Shown: positions 27,165-33,046 of the stretch, in pieces | Position numbering within the stretch: position 1 is the stretch's first letter | How the letters are laid out: every line of letters starts with the position of its first letter | Source: Candidatus Limnocylindria bacterium | Lineage (GTDB): Bacteria; Chloroflexota; Limnocylindria; QHBO01 | Reading direction: 5' to 3' | Assembly (NCBI GenBank): GCA_039917415.1 | Contig: JBDSJJ010000087.1 | Coordinates: 1-33,046, forward strand | DNA length: 33,046 bases | Notes under the pieces: generated by a model | Told to the model about the DNA's origin: nothing | The model's database searches: none | What the model saw: only the letters and a program-made list of their open reading frames with translations | Program-made: the position numbers and the translations under genes

Positions 27165-28002
27165 CCGCCGACCACCGTGGTCGCTGCTCGCGCCCGCGCT
27201 GCTGCTCGTCCTGCTGGGAGTCGCATGGCTGCTGCCGGATCTCGACGTCCTGGGTCTCGAGGCGGACGATGACGGCCCTCAGGCGGACGTTCGGGCCACG
27301 CTGGACGGACTGGGCCCGGCTCCGCTGGTGCTCATCGGGTTCGACGCCGACCTCGGCACATATGCGGAGGTGCGACCCACGGTGCGGACGCTCATCGCCG
27401 ACCTGCTGGTGCGAGACGCACGGATCGCGTTCGTGTCGCTTACCGTCGAAGGACGCGCCCTGGCGACGAGCGAGCAGGCCCGCCTGCGGCGCGGCGAGGC
27501 AAATGCGAACCGCATGCTCGATCTTGGCTTCATCCCCGCCGCCGAGGCCGGCCTGGTGGACCTCACGCGCAGCATCCGGCCGGATGACGATGCGGGTGCC
27601 CTGGCATTCGCCAGGGAAGTCTCGACCGCGGGAATGGCCGCGTTCGACGCGATCATCGTCGTGGGCGGTAACGATCTCGGGCCGCGTAGCTGGATCGAGC
27701 AGGTCGCACCTCGGATCGCGCCCACTCCGATCGTGGCCATCACCCCGAGCGTGCTGCTGCCCGAGGTCCTGCCCTACGTTGCGAGCGGCCAGCTGGCCGC
27801 CCTGATCGGCACGCCGGGCGACGGGGCCGCGTATCGATCCGCAGCCGAGGTGGGCTCGCTCGAGCGCCTGGTCGAGGCGGGTGGTCCGCGGTCTCTCCCC
27901 ATCCTGGTCGGTCTTCTCATCGCAGCGGGCGCCATGGGACAGGCCCTCGTCGCACGCCTGGTCGGAACGACGAGATCCCTTGCTGATCGAGACCGCGCAT
28001 GA
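27157..28002 (+). CDS. Hypothetical bitopic membrane protein (N-terminal TM, soluble alpha/beta-like domain, C-terminal TM)
   Basis: 281 aa. ATG 27157 overlaps the previous stop (ATGAGTGA); the track start at 27121 overlaps further. The hydrophobic helices are WSLLAPALLLVLLGVAWLL and LPILVGLLIAAGAMGQALVA. The strands are LVLIGFD, RIAFVSL, AIIVVGG and PIVAITP. Confidence 0.7.
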   Translation: MSDRRPPWSLLAPALLLVLLGVAWLLPDLDVLGLEADDDGPQADVRATLDGLGPAPLVLIGFDADLGTYAEVRPTVRTLIADLLVRDARIAFVSLTVEGRALATSEQARLRRGEANANRMLDLGFIPAAEAGLVDLTRSIRPDDDAGALAFAREVSTAGMAAFDAIIVVGGNDLGPRSWIEQVAPRIAPTPIVAITPSVLLPEVLPYVASGQLAALIGTPGDGAAYRSAAEVGSLERLVEAGGPRSLPILVGLLIAAGAMGQALVARLVGTTRSLADRDRA

Positions 28003-28643
28003 CCGGACTGTTCGGCGCCGGCCCGGCGGAGGTGGTCGGAACCTGGGTCGCGGCCACTCTCACGCTCGTGGTCCTCGGCTCGCTGCTCGGAGAACGGCGC
28101 ATGTTCGGCTGGTCGCAACATCTGCTGGCTGGCCTCGCGACCGGTTTCCTGGCGTTGATCGCCCTGCGCGAGGTAATCGCCCCGCGCCTCCTCGAGCCGC
28201 TGGCCGCCGATCCTGCGGGCCGACCCGAACTGTGGGGTGGCGTGGCGCTCGTGGCGGTCGCGGCCGCCGCACCGTGGCTGCCGCGGCGCGTGACGGCCGT
28301 TCCGGCCTCGATCGCGATCGGGGCCCTGGCCGCATTCGCCCTCGCTGGCGCCGTGATCGGCACACTGCTGCCCCAGCTTGACGCCGCGATCGTGCGCCCG
28401 GGAAGCGATCTCGGCGCAACCGTGGTCGGTGTGATCGGCGCCGTGGTGACCGGACTCGTGCTCATCGGGTTCGTGCATGGCGTGCCGCGCGGCCGGATCC
28501 TCACGTCGGCGGCGGGCGTCGGGCGTTGGTTGCTCGTTGCCGGCATCGGCGCGTGGCTCGGCTACCTCGTCCTGTCGCGACTCATCCTGCTCATCGATCG
28601 CATCGGCTTCCTGCTTGGCGAGTGGCTGGGGTTCGTACCGTGA
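27999..28643 (+). CDS. Hypothetical polytopic membrane protein (~6 hydrophobic segments)
   Basis: 214 aa with an ATGA overlap to the previous gene. It is a hydrophobic multi-helix protein. Confidence 0.7.
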   Translation: MTGLFGAGPAEVVGTWVAATLTLVVLGSLLGERRMFGWSQHLLAGLATGFLALIALREVIAPRLLEPLAADPAGRPELWGGVALVAVAAAAPWLPRRVTAVPASIAIGALAAFALAGAVIGTLLPQLDAAIVRPGSDLGATVVGVIGAVVTGLVLIGFVHGVPRGRILTSAAGVGRWLLVAGIGAWLGYLVLSRLILLIDRIGFLLGEWLGFVP

Positions 28644-30277
28644 GCCAGCCTCGCGTGCGCGCCGAGATGGCGGTCCTGATCGATGTCGGCTCCGCATGGG
28701 CCAAGGCCGGGGTCATCGGCCAGGTTGGCGGTCGCTGGCGCCTCGTGGCCCATGCCACACAGCCGACGGCCTGGGGCTCGGCCGCGCTGCGTGCGGCGCT
28801 GGTCGACCAGCTCGCGTCGGCCGTCGATGCGCGATTGACCGGTCAGGTCGACCAGCTGTTGGCGGATGCGCGCAGGATCGAATGCCACACCGCCATCCCG
28901 CCGCGCCTGGCGATCGTGGCGGTCAGCCGTGAGCTGTCGGGGAGCGCGGCCCGACGCGCCGCAGAGGCGGCGGGGTGGCACGTGGTCGAGTTCATGACCC
29001 TCGACGACGGCAGGGACCTCGCCGATCGGCTGGCGACCCTGCAGGCAGCCGAGGTAAGCGCCTGGCTTATCGCAGGAGGCTTCGACGGTGCGCGCAGCCC
29101 CCGAGCGCTCGAGGCCGCGGCGCTGGTGGCCGCAGCGCGGCGTCAGGGCGGCGGGCCGGTGGTGTGGGCCGGCTCGGCGGATCTCGGGCCTGACGTCGTG
29201 GAGCTCTTCGAGCCAGGGGTCGTGGCGACCGTCGCGAACCCCCGACCTGACGCACGCCGCGACGAGCCCGGGCCACTGCGCGATCACCTCGTTGCCCTGC
29301 TCAGGGACGAGGTTGCGGTCACGGAGGAGACGCATCTCGCATCGTCAACCTTCGGTCGAGCCGTGGGTGCCCTGGCCACGCTCAGCGGGTTGCGCATCCT
29401 GGGCGTCGACCTCGGGGCGCGTTCAGCTGTCAGGGTGCTGGCCGAGCCAGATGGCAGCGTCGCCAGCCGAGTCCGCGCTCGTGGCGGCCTGGCGGGCACC
29501 GTCCTCGTGTCCGGCGCCGCGGCCCGCGTCGCCCGCCTGGCCGGCGATGCGGGCGACGAGTCGGCCGTCGCCGACGTGCTGCAGACCCTGCGCGCCCGCC
29601 CCACAACCCTGCCGCAGACGGTCGAGGAGCTCTCGGCCACCCAGACGGCCGCGCGGGTCCAGCTGGCGGCGATGTTCGACGAGGGGACCGACGGGTCTGT
29701 CGATCTCGTCATCGGTGCCGGCCGCACCTTGGCGGCTGCGCCGTACCCCGGACAGGCTGCCCGCATGCTGCTCGACGGAGTGCGCCCGCTCGGGGTGACG
29801 CAGCTTGCCGTCGATGCCGGCGCTGTGCTCGGCCCGCTCGGCTCGCTTCCCGACGACCAGGTGCGGGAGGGCGTCTCGCTGCTCGGCGAGGACCTCCTTG
29901 TGCCCCTCGGCACAGCGATCGTGTGCCGCGGCGGCGACCCCGGCCGGACCGCGATGCGCGTCACCCTGCATCGGGCAGGCTGGCCGGCGGTGGGTCCGGT
30001 CGAGATGCGGACCGGGCAGCTCCAGGTGCTGCCGCTGCCGCGCGGTCAGGTCGCCGAGGTGACGATCGAGCTGCTCGGGTCGGCCACCTTCGGCGCGACC
30101 CGCCGTTCGCCCCGCATCCAGGCCATGGTCTCGGGTGGCGCGGTCGGGCTGATTCTCGACGCGCGCGGGTCGCCGATCGGACTCCCGCGACGCGGCGACG
30201 ATCGGCGCGAGGTGCTGGCCGCATGGCGCGATGCGCTGAACCGGGATGCCGCCGCCGGAGCGGAGCGCTTCGCATGA
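28640..30277 (+). CDS. GlmL/MutL-like ASKHA-fold (actin/Hsp70/sugar-kinase superfamily) protein with an extra C-terminal domain
   Basis: 545 aa from GTG 28640, which forms a GTGA overlap; the alternative start is ATG 28667, and the track start at 28526 overlaps the previous gene. The ordered blocks are LIDVGSAWAKAG, PRLAIVAVSRELSGSAARRAAEAAGWHVV, WLIAGGFDGA...PVVWAGS, ILGVDLGARSAV and DLVIGAGRTL. There are no hydrophobic helices. Confidence 0.6.
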   Translation: MSQPRVRAEMAVLIDVGSAWAKAGVIGQVGGRWRLVAHATQPTAWGSAALRAALVDQLASAVDARLTGQVDQLLADARRIECHTAIPPRLAIVAVSRELSGSAARRAAEAAGWHVVEFMTLDDGRDLADRLATLQAAEVSAWLIAGGFDGARSPRALEAAALVAAARRQGGGPVVWAGSADLGPDVVELFEPGVVATVANPRPDARRDEPGPLRDHLVALLRDEVAVTEETHLASSTFGRAVGALATLSGLRILGVDLGARSAVRVLAEPDGSVASRVRARGGLAGTVLVSGAAARVARLAGDAGDESAVADVLQTLRARPTTLPQTVEELSATQTAARVQLAAMFDEGTDGSVDLVIGAGRTLAAAPYPGQAARMLLDGVRPLGVTQLAVDAGAVLGPLGSLPDDQVREGVSLLGEDLLVPLGTAIVCRGGDPGRTAMRVTLHRAGWPAVGPVEMRTGQLQVLPLPRGQVAEVTIELLGSATFGATRRSPRIQAMVSGGAVGLILDARGSPIGLPRRGDDRREVLAAWRDALNRDAAAGAERFA

Positions 30278-31308
30278 GCGTGGTCCACCGGATTCCGCTG
30301 CCGGTCGGAGCGACACCGATGGTCGAGGTCGGGCACGTGGTCGAGCCGTCCGAGGTGCTGGCAACGCGGCGGACGCCGCGTGGCGGGCAAGCAATCGCCG
30401 TCGCCGCTCCCCTGCGTCGCTCGGCCGTGGACGCTGCTGCCTGCCTGACCGTTCGACCGGGGACGTTCCTGGATGCGGGCGCCACCCTCGCCGACAACGG
30501 ACGGGGGCGCGTGGTTCGGGTCCCCGAGTCCTGCATCCTGCTTGGATACGATCGCGACGACGGCTCGGCGCTCATCGCTCCGCTCAGTGGCAGCCAGCCG
30601 GTGGTGGGTCATGTGCGCGGCGAGGTGGTCGCCATGGAGCCGGACGCCATCGAGGTCCGCGTCAGCGGCGCCCTCGTGGGAGGGGTGGGTGGCACGGGCA
30701 ACGCCGTCCACGGGGAGCTCAGGGTGGCCGTCCATGACCCGGCCGCCGAACTGCGTGCCAGCGCCATCGACGTCGGGGCTACCGGGCGCATCCTCGTCGG
30801 GGGCTCGCGCGCTTCGGCTGAGACGCTGACGCGGGCACGCGCGATGGGTGTCGCCGGAATCGTCCTCGGCGGAGTCCTCGACAAAGAGCTGCGTGACTTC
30901 GAGGCGACGCAGGTCCGACGCCGGGAGCTCGGAGTGGTGCGGGGCGACTTCGCGGTAATCCTGCTGGAGGGCTACGGCAAAGTCGGGTTCGATCCTGGGC
31001 TGTTCGCCTGGTTCCAGCGCCACGATGGTCGCCTGGCCAGCCTGTTCGGAGCCGATGCCCGCCTCTACGTCTACGACGCGGAGCCCGCTCCCGCGCGGCG
31101 CATGCTGGCTCGCTCAGGGGAGCGCGTCATCGCCCACCGACGTCCGCACGCTGGGTTGGCGGGAGAGCTGATCCGCGTCCTCGACCGTCCGCACGCGTTC
31201 GGATCCGGGGTCGTGGGGCGCGCCGCCGTCGTCCGGTTCGATGACGGACGTACCGCGATCGTTCCGCTCGCCAACCTCGAGGCCACGGAGGCGTTTCCCG
31301 TCGGTTGA
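30274..31308 (+). CDS. Hypothetical soluble protein (beta-barrel/lipoyl-like N-terminus, central alpha/beta segment, KOW/SH3-like C-terminus)
   Basis: 344 aa with an ATGA overlap to the previous gene; the track start at 29923 is a 5'-extended shadow. The N-terminus has MVEVGHVVEPSEVLA and TVRPGTFLDAGATLA. The middle has ILVGGSRASAETLTRARAMGVAGIVLGG. The C-terminus has GERVIAHRRPHAGLAGELIRV...AAVVRFDDGRTAIVPLANLE. Confidence 0.65.
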   Translation: MSVVHRIPLPVGATPMVEVGHVVEPSEVLATRRTPRGGQAIAVAAPLRRSAVDAAACLTVRPGTFLDAGATLADNGRGRVVRVPESCILLGYDRDDGSALIAPLSGSQPVVGHVRGEVVAMEPDAIEVRVSGALVGGVGGTGNAVHGELRVAVHDPAAELRASAIDVGATGRILVGGSRASAETLTRARAMGVAGIVLGGVLDKELRDFEATQVRRRELGVVRGDFAVILLEGYGKVGFDPGLFAWFQRHDGRLASLFGADARLYVYDAEPAPARRMLARSGERVIAHRRPHAGLAGELIRVLDRPHAFGSGVVGRAAVVRFDDGRTAIVPLANLEATEAFPVG

Positions 31309-31320
31309 GCGTGGGATTCC

Positions 31321-31326
31321 TATACT
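31321..31326 (+). promoter_or_regulatory. Possible -10 hexamer (TATACT) giving a leaderless or near-leaderless tsaE transcript
   Basis: TATACT ends 7 nt before the A of ATG 31334. No Shine-Dalgarno sequence lies in between. I saw no properly spaced -35. Confidence 0.3.
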
Positions 31327-31333
31327 GGCCGGC

Positions 31334-31831
31334 ATGCACTCATCTACGCTGCGAGTGCCCGTCGAGGGCGAGCTGTTCACGTCCAACGTCGAGGAGACCC
31401 GTGAGATCGGCCGTCAGATCGGGGCCATCGCGTTGCCGGCGAGCGTGCTCGCCCTGGTCGGCCCGCTCGGCGCGGGGAAGACGCAGATGGCCAAGGGTGT
31501 AGCCGCCGGACTCGGCATCGGCGGCGTGGTCAACAGCCCCACCTTCGTCCTCATGAACGAGCACGTCGGCCGTTTGCGGATGTACCACATCGACGCGTAT
31601 CGGCTCGACGAGCCGGAAGACGTCCTGGGTGCGGGCCTCCTCGACGATCGGCAGGTGCACGGGGTCGTCGTCATCGAGTGGGCCGATCGAGTGGCGGAAT
31701 GGCTGCCAAATGAGCGCCTCGAGATCCACCTCGAGCCGCTGCCTCGCGAACCGGATCGCCGACGACTGCGCTGGATCGCATTCGGGCACGCTCACAGTCG
31801 CCTCGCGCACGAGGTCCTGGCCCGCCCGTGA
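31334..31831 (+). CDS. tsaE: tRNA t6A37 biosynthesis ATPase TsaE
   Basis: ATG 31334; the track start at 31241 overlaps the previous gene. The product is 165 aa with LVGPLGAGKTQMAKGVA, NSPTFVLMNEH and YHIDAYRL. Confidence 0.9.
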   Translation: MHSSTLRVPVEGELFTSNVEETREIGRQIGAIALPASVLALVGPLGAGKTQMAKGVAAGLGIGGVVNSPTFVLMNEHVGRLRMYHIDAYRLDEPEDVLGAGLLDDRQVHGVVVIEWADRVAEWLPNERLEIHLEPLPREPDRRRLRWIAFGHAHSRLAHEVLARP

Positions 31832-32454
31832 TCATCGCGTTCGACGGTGCATCAACCGACCTGTCAGTGGCGCTGCTGGCGCACGATGGAACGGTCATCG
31901 CGGAGGATGCATGGAGCAGCGGCCACCGCCAGTCCGCCGAGCTGCTGCCGCGACTGCTTGCCACGATCGAAGGGTCCGACCGCACCCTGCCCGATGCAAC
32001 GGCAATCGCCGTCGGCCTCGGTCCCGGGTCGTTCACCGGGTTGAGGGTGGCAGTCGCCCTTGGCAAGGGGCTGGCGATGGGTCTGGGTCTGCCGATCGTC
32101 GGGGTCCCAAGCCTGGTCGCCTGGCTGGCATCGGATGCGCAGGCCAGCGCTGCCGTGGCGCGTGCCGGCGCGCGGGACGCCTTCGTGGCCCGACGGGACG
32201 ACCCAGACATTGCGATCGTGGATCGCGACGCGTTGATCGGCATCGGGAACGTCGTGACGCCCGCCGAGCTCGTGGCGGCCTTCGGCCTGCTCGACAGCCG
32301 CCCGCCACGCGCCGCAGCCACCATCGCTCGCATGGCCGCGTCGCGACTCGCCGCCGACGGATCGGGCGATGATCTCAGCGCCCTCGAGCCGATCTATCTC
32401 CGCGCGCCGCGCGGCATCACCGCCGAAAGCACCGGGGTCGTCCGGTGGCTCTGA
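31828..32454 (+). CDS. tsaB: tRNA t6A37 biosynthesis protein TsaB
   Basis: 208 aa with a GTGA overlap to tsaE. Motifs are IIAFDGASTDLSVAL and VGLGPGSFTGLRVAVALGKGLA. Confidence 0.9.
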   Translation: MIIAFDGASTDLSVALLAHDGTVIAEDAWSSGHRQSAELLPRLLATIEGSDRTLPDATAIAVGLGPGSFTGLRVAVALGKGLAMGLGLPIVGVPSLVAWLASDAQASAAVARAGARDAFVARRDDPDIAIVDRDALIGIGNVVTPAELVAAFGLLDSRPPRAAATIARMAASRLAADGSGDDLSALEPIYLRAPRGITAESTGVVRWL

Positions 32455-32957
32455 TGGCCCGCGTCGTGGTCGACCCGATGCGGCTCGATGACGTGGCGGC
32501 GGTCCACGAGATCGAGCGGCTGAGTTTCCGGACTCCCTGGCCGATTCATGCCTTCGAGCAGGAGCTGCGCTCGAATCGACTCGCGCACTACGTCGTGGCG
32601 CGGGCGGGAGAGCAGATCGTCGGGTTCGCCGGGATCTGGATGATGGTCGACGAGGCGCACGTTACGACGTTCAGCGTCCATCCCGATTGGCGGCGGCAGT
32701 CGATCGGCCGGCAGCTGCTCCTCAACCTGGCCGAGCTGGCAGGCACGGTCGGCGCCCGCCGCCTGACGCTCGAGGTCCGGGAGTCCAACAAGCACGCGCA
32801 GGCCCTCTATGACAGCTTTGGCTTCGACATCGTCGGGCGGCGCCATGGCTATTACACCGATGACGGGGAGGACGCGCTGGTCATGACGACACTTAACCTC
32901 GACGATCCGCACATGCATTCGGTCCTCGCTCGCGAGCGCGAGCGCATCGGCGCATGA
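32445..32957 (+). CDS. rimI: Ribosomal-protein-alanine N-acetyltransferase RimI (GNAT)
   Basis: 170 aa from GTG 32445, or 167 aa from ATG 32454 which abuts the tsaB stop. It has the GNAT block HPDWRRQSIGRQLL...LEVRESNKHAQALYDSFGF and sits between tsaB and tsaD. Confidence 0.88.
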   Translation: MALMARVVVDPMRLDDVAAVHEIERLSFRTPWPIHAFEQELRSNRLAHYVVARAGEQIVGFAGIWMMVDEAHVTTFSVHPDWRRQSIGRQLLLNLAELAGTVGARRLTLEVRESNKHAQALYDSFGFDIVGRRHGYYTDDGEDALVMTTLNLDDPHMHSVLARERERIGA

Positions 32958-33046
32958 GCGGCCCGCGGATCCTGGCCATCGAGTCGTCGTGCGACGAGAC
33001 GGGCGTCGCCGTGGTGGTGGGCGGGCGGCGGATCGAGGCGAGCCAG
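32954..33046 (+). CDS. tsaD: tRNA N6-adenosine threonylcarbamoyltransferase TsaD, N-terminal fragment (runs off the window)
   Basis: The start forms an ATGA overlap with the rimI stop. The translation MSGPRILAIESSCDETGVAVV is the typical TsaD N-terminus. Confidence 0.88.
   Translation, partial: MSGPRILAIESSCDETGVAVVVGGRRIEASQ

Noticed and set aside
30787-30873. The segment ILVGGSRASAETLTRARAMGVAGIVLGG of the last cluster protein loosely resembles the PEP-utilising enzyme mobile (swivelling) phosphohistidine motif GG.TSHAAI.AR..GIPAV.G.
   Set aside because: The phospho-accepting His is absent (Ser in its place) and the spacing to the second glycine block differs by two residues. The match rests on a few small residues. 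It is worth a structural check but is not supportable as a call.
31305-31310. TTGAGC as a -35 partner for the TATACT upstream of tsaE.
   Set aside because: The spacer to the -10 is only 10 nt, far from the 16-18 nt needed. The hexamer also contains the stop codon of the upstream gene.
24911-31333. The unknown cluster as a horizontally acquired mobile island.
   Set aside because: I saw no integrase, transposase, flanking tRNA, direct repeats or visible shift in base composition or codon style relative to the neighbours. It looks like a lineage-resident insertion rather than a recent mobile element.

Overview
GC-rich chromosomal core region with strong G/C third-codon bias. Every recognisable gene is on the + strand, and I found no rRNA, tRNA, CRISPR array, IS element or integrase. 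(1) 1-17.0 kb holds the S10/spc/alpha ribosomal super-operon: rplC (5' truncated), rplDWB, rpsS, rplV, rpsC, rplP, rpmC, rpsQ, rplNXE, rpsN, rpsH, rplFR, rpsE, rpmD, rplO, secY, adk, map, infA, rpmJ, rpsMKD, rpoA and rplQ. It is followed by truA-rplM-rpsI and a strong hairpin terminator. rpmJ is absent from the ORF track and was found by reading the sequence. (2) 17.1-22.5 kb holds the c-di-AMP and amino-sugar block cdaA-cdaR-glmM-glmS. (3) 22.5-24.9 kb holds acpS, a stand-alone NAD(P)HX dehydratase, and alr. (4) 24.9-31.3 kb is the most interesting part. A divergent macro-domain gene is followed by seven unassigned genes, and every junction is a start/stop overlap. The products are a small soluble protein, two pairs of (bitopic + polytopic) membrane proteins, a GlmL/MutL-like ASKHA-fold protein, and a soluble protein with a barrel-like N-terminus and a KOW-like C-terminus. 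This block sits at the alr|tsaE junction, which is contiguous in classical actinobacterial synteny. (5) 31.3-33.0 kb holds tsaE-tsaB-rimI-tsaD (3' truncated). The gene order (rplM-rpsI...glmM...glmS...nnr...alr-tsaE-tsaB-rimI-tsaD) resembles Actinomycetota, but I cannot assign taxonomy from the sequence alone. Several ribosomal proteins carry unusual low-complexity extensions, most notably S3. Many long antisense and alternate-frame ORFs in the track are GC-driven shadows and were rejected.
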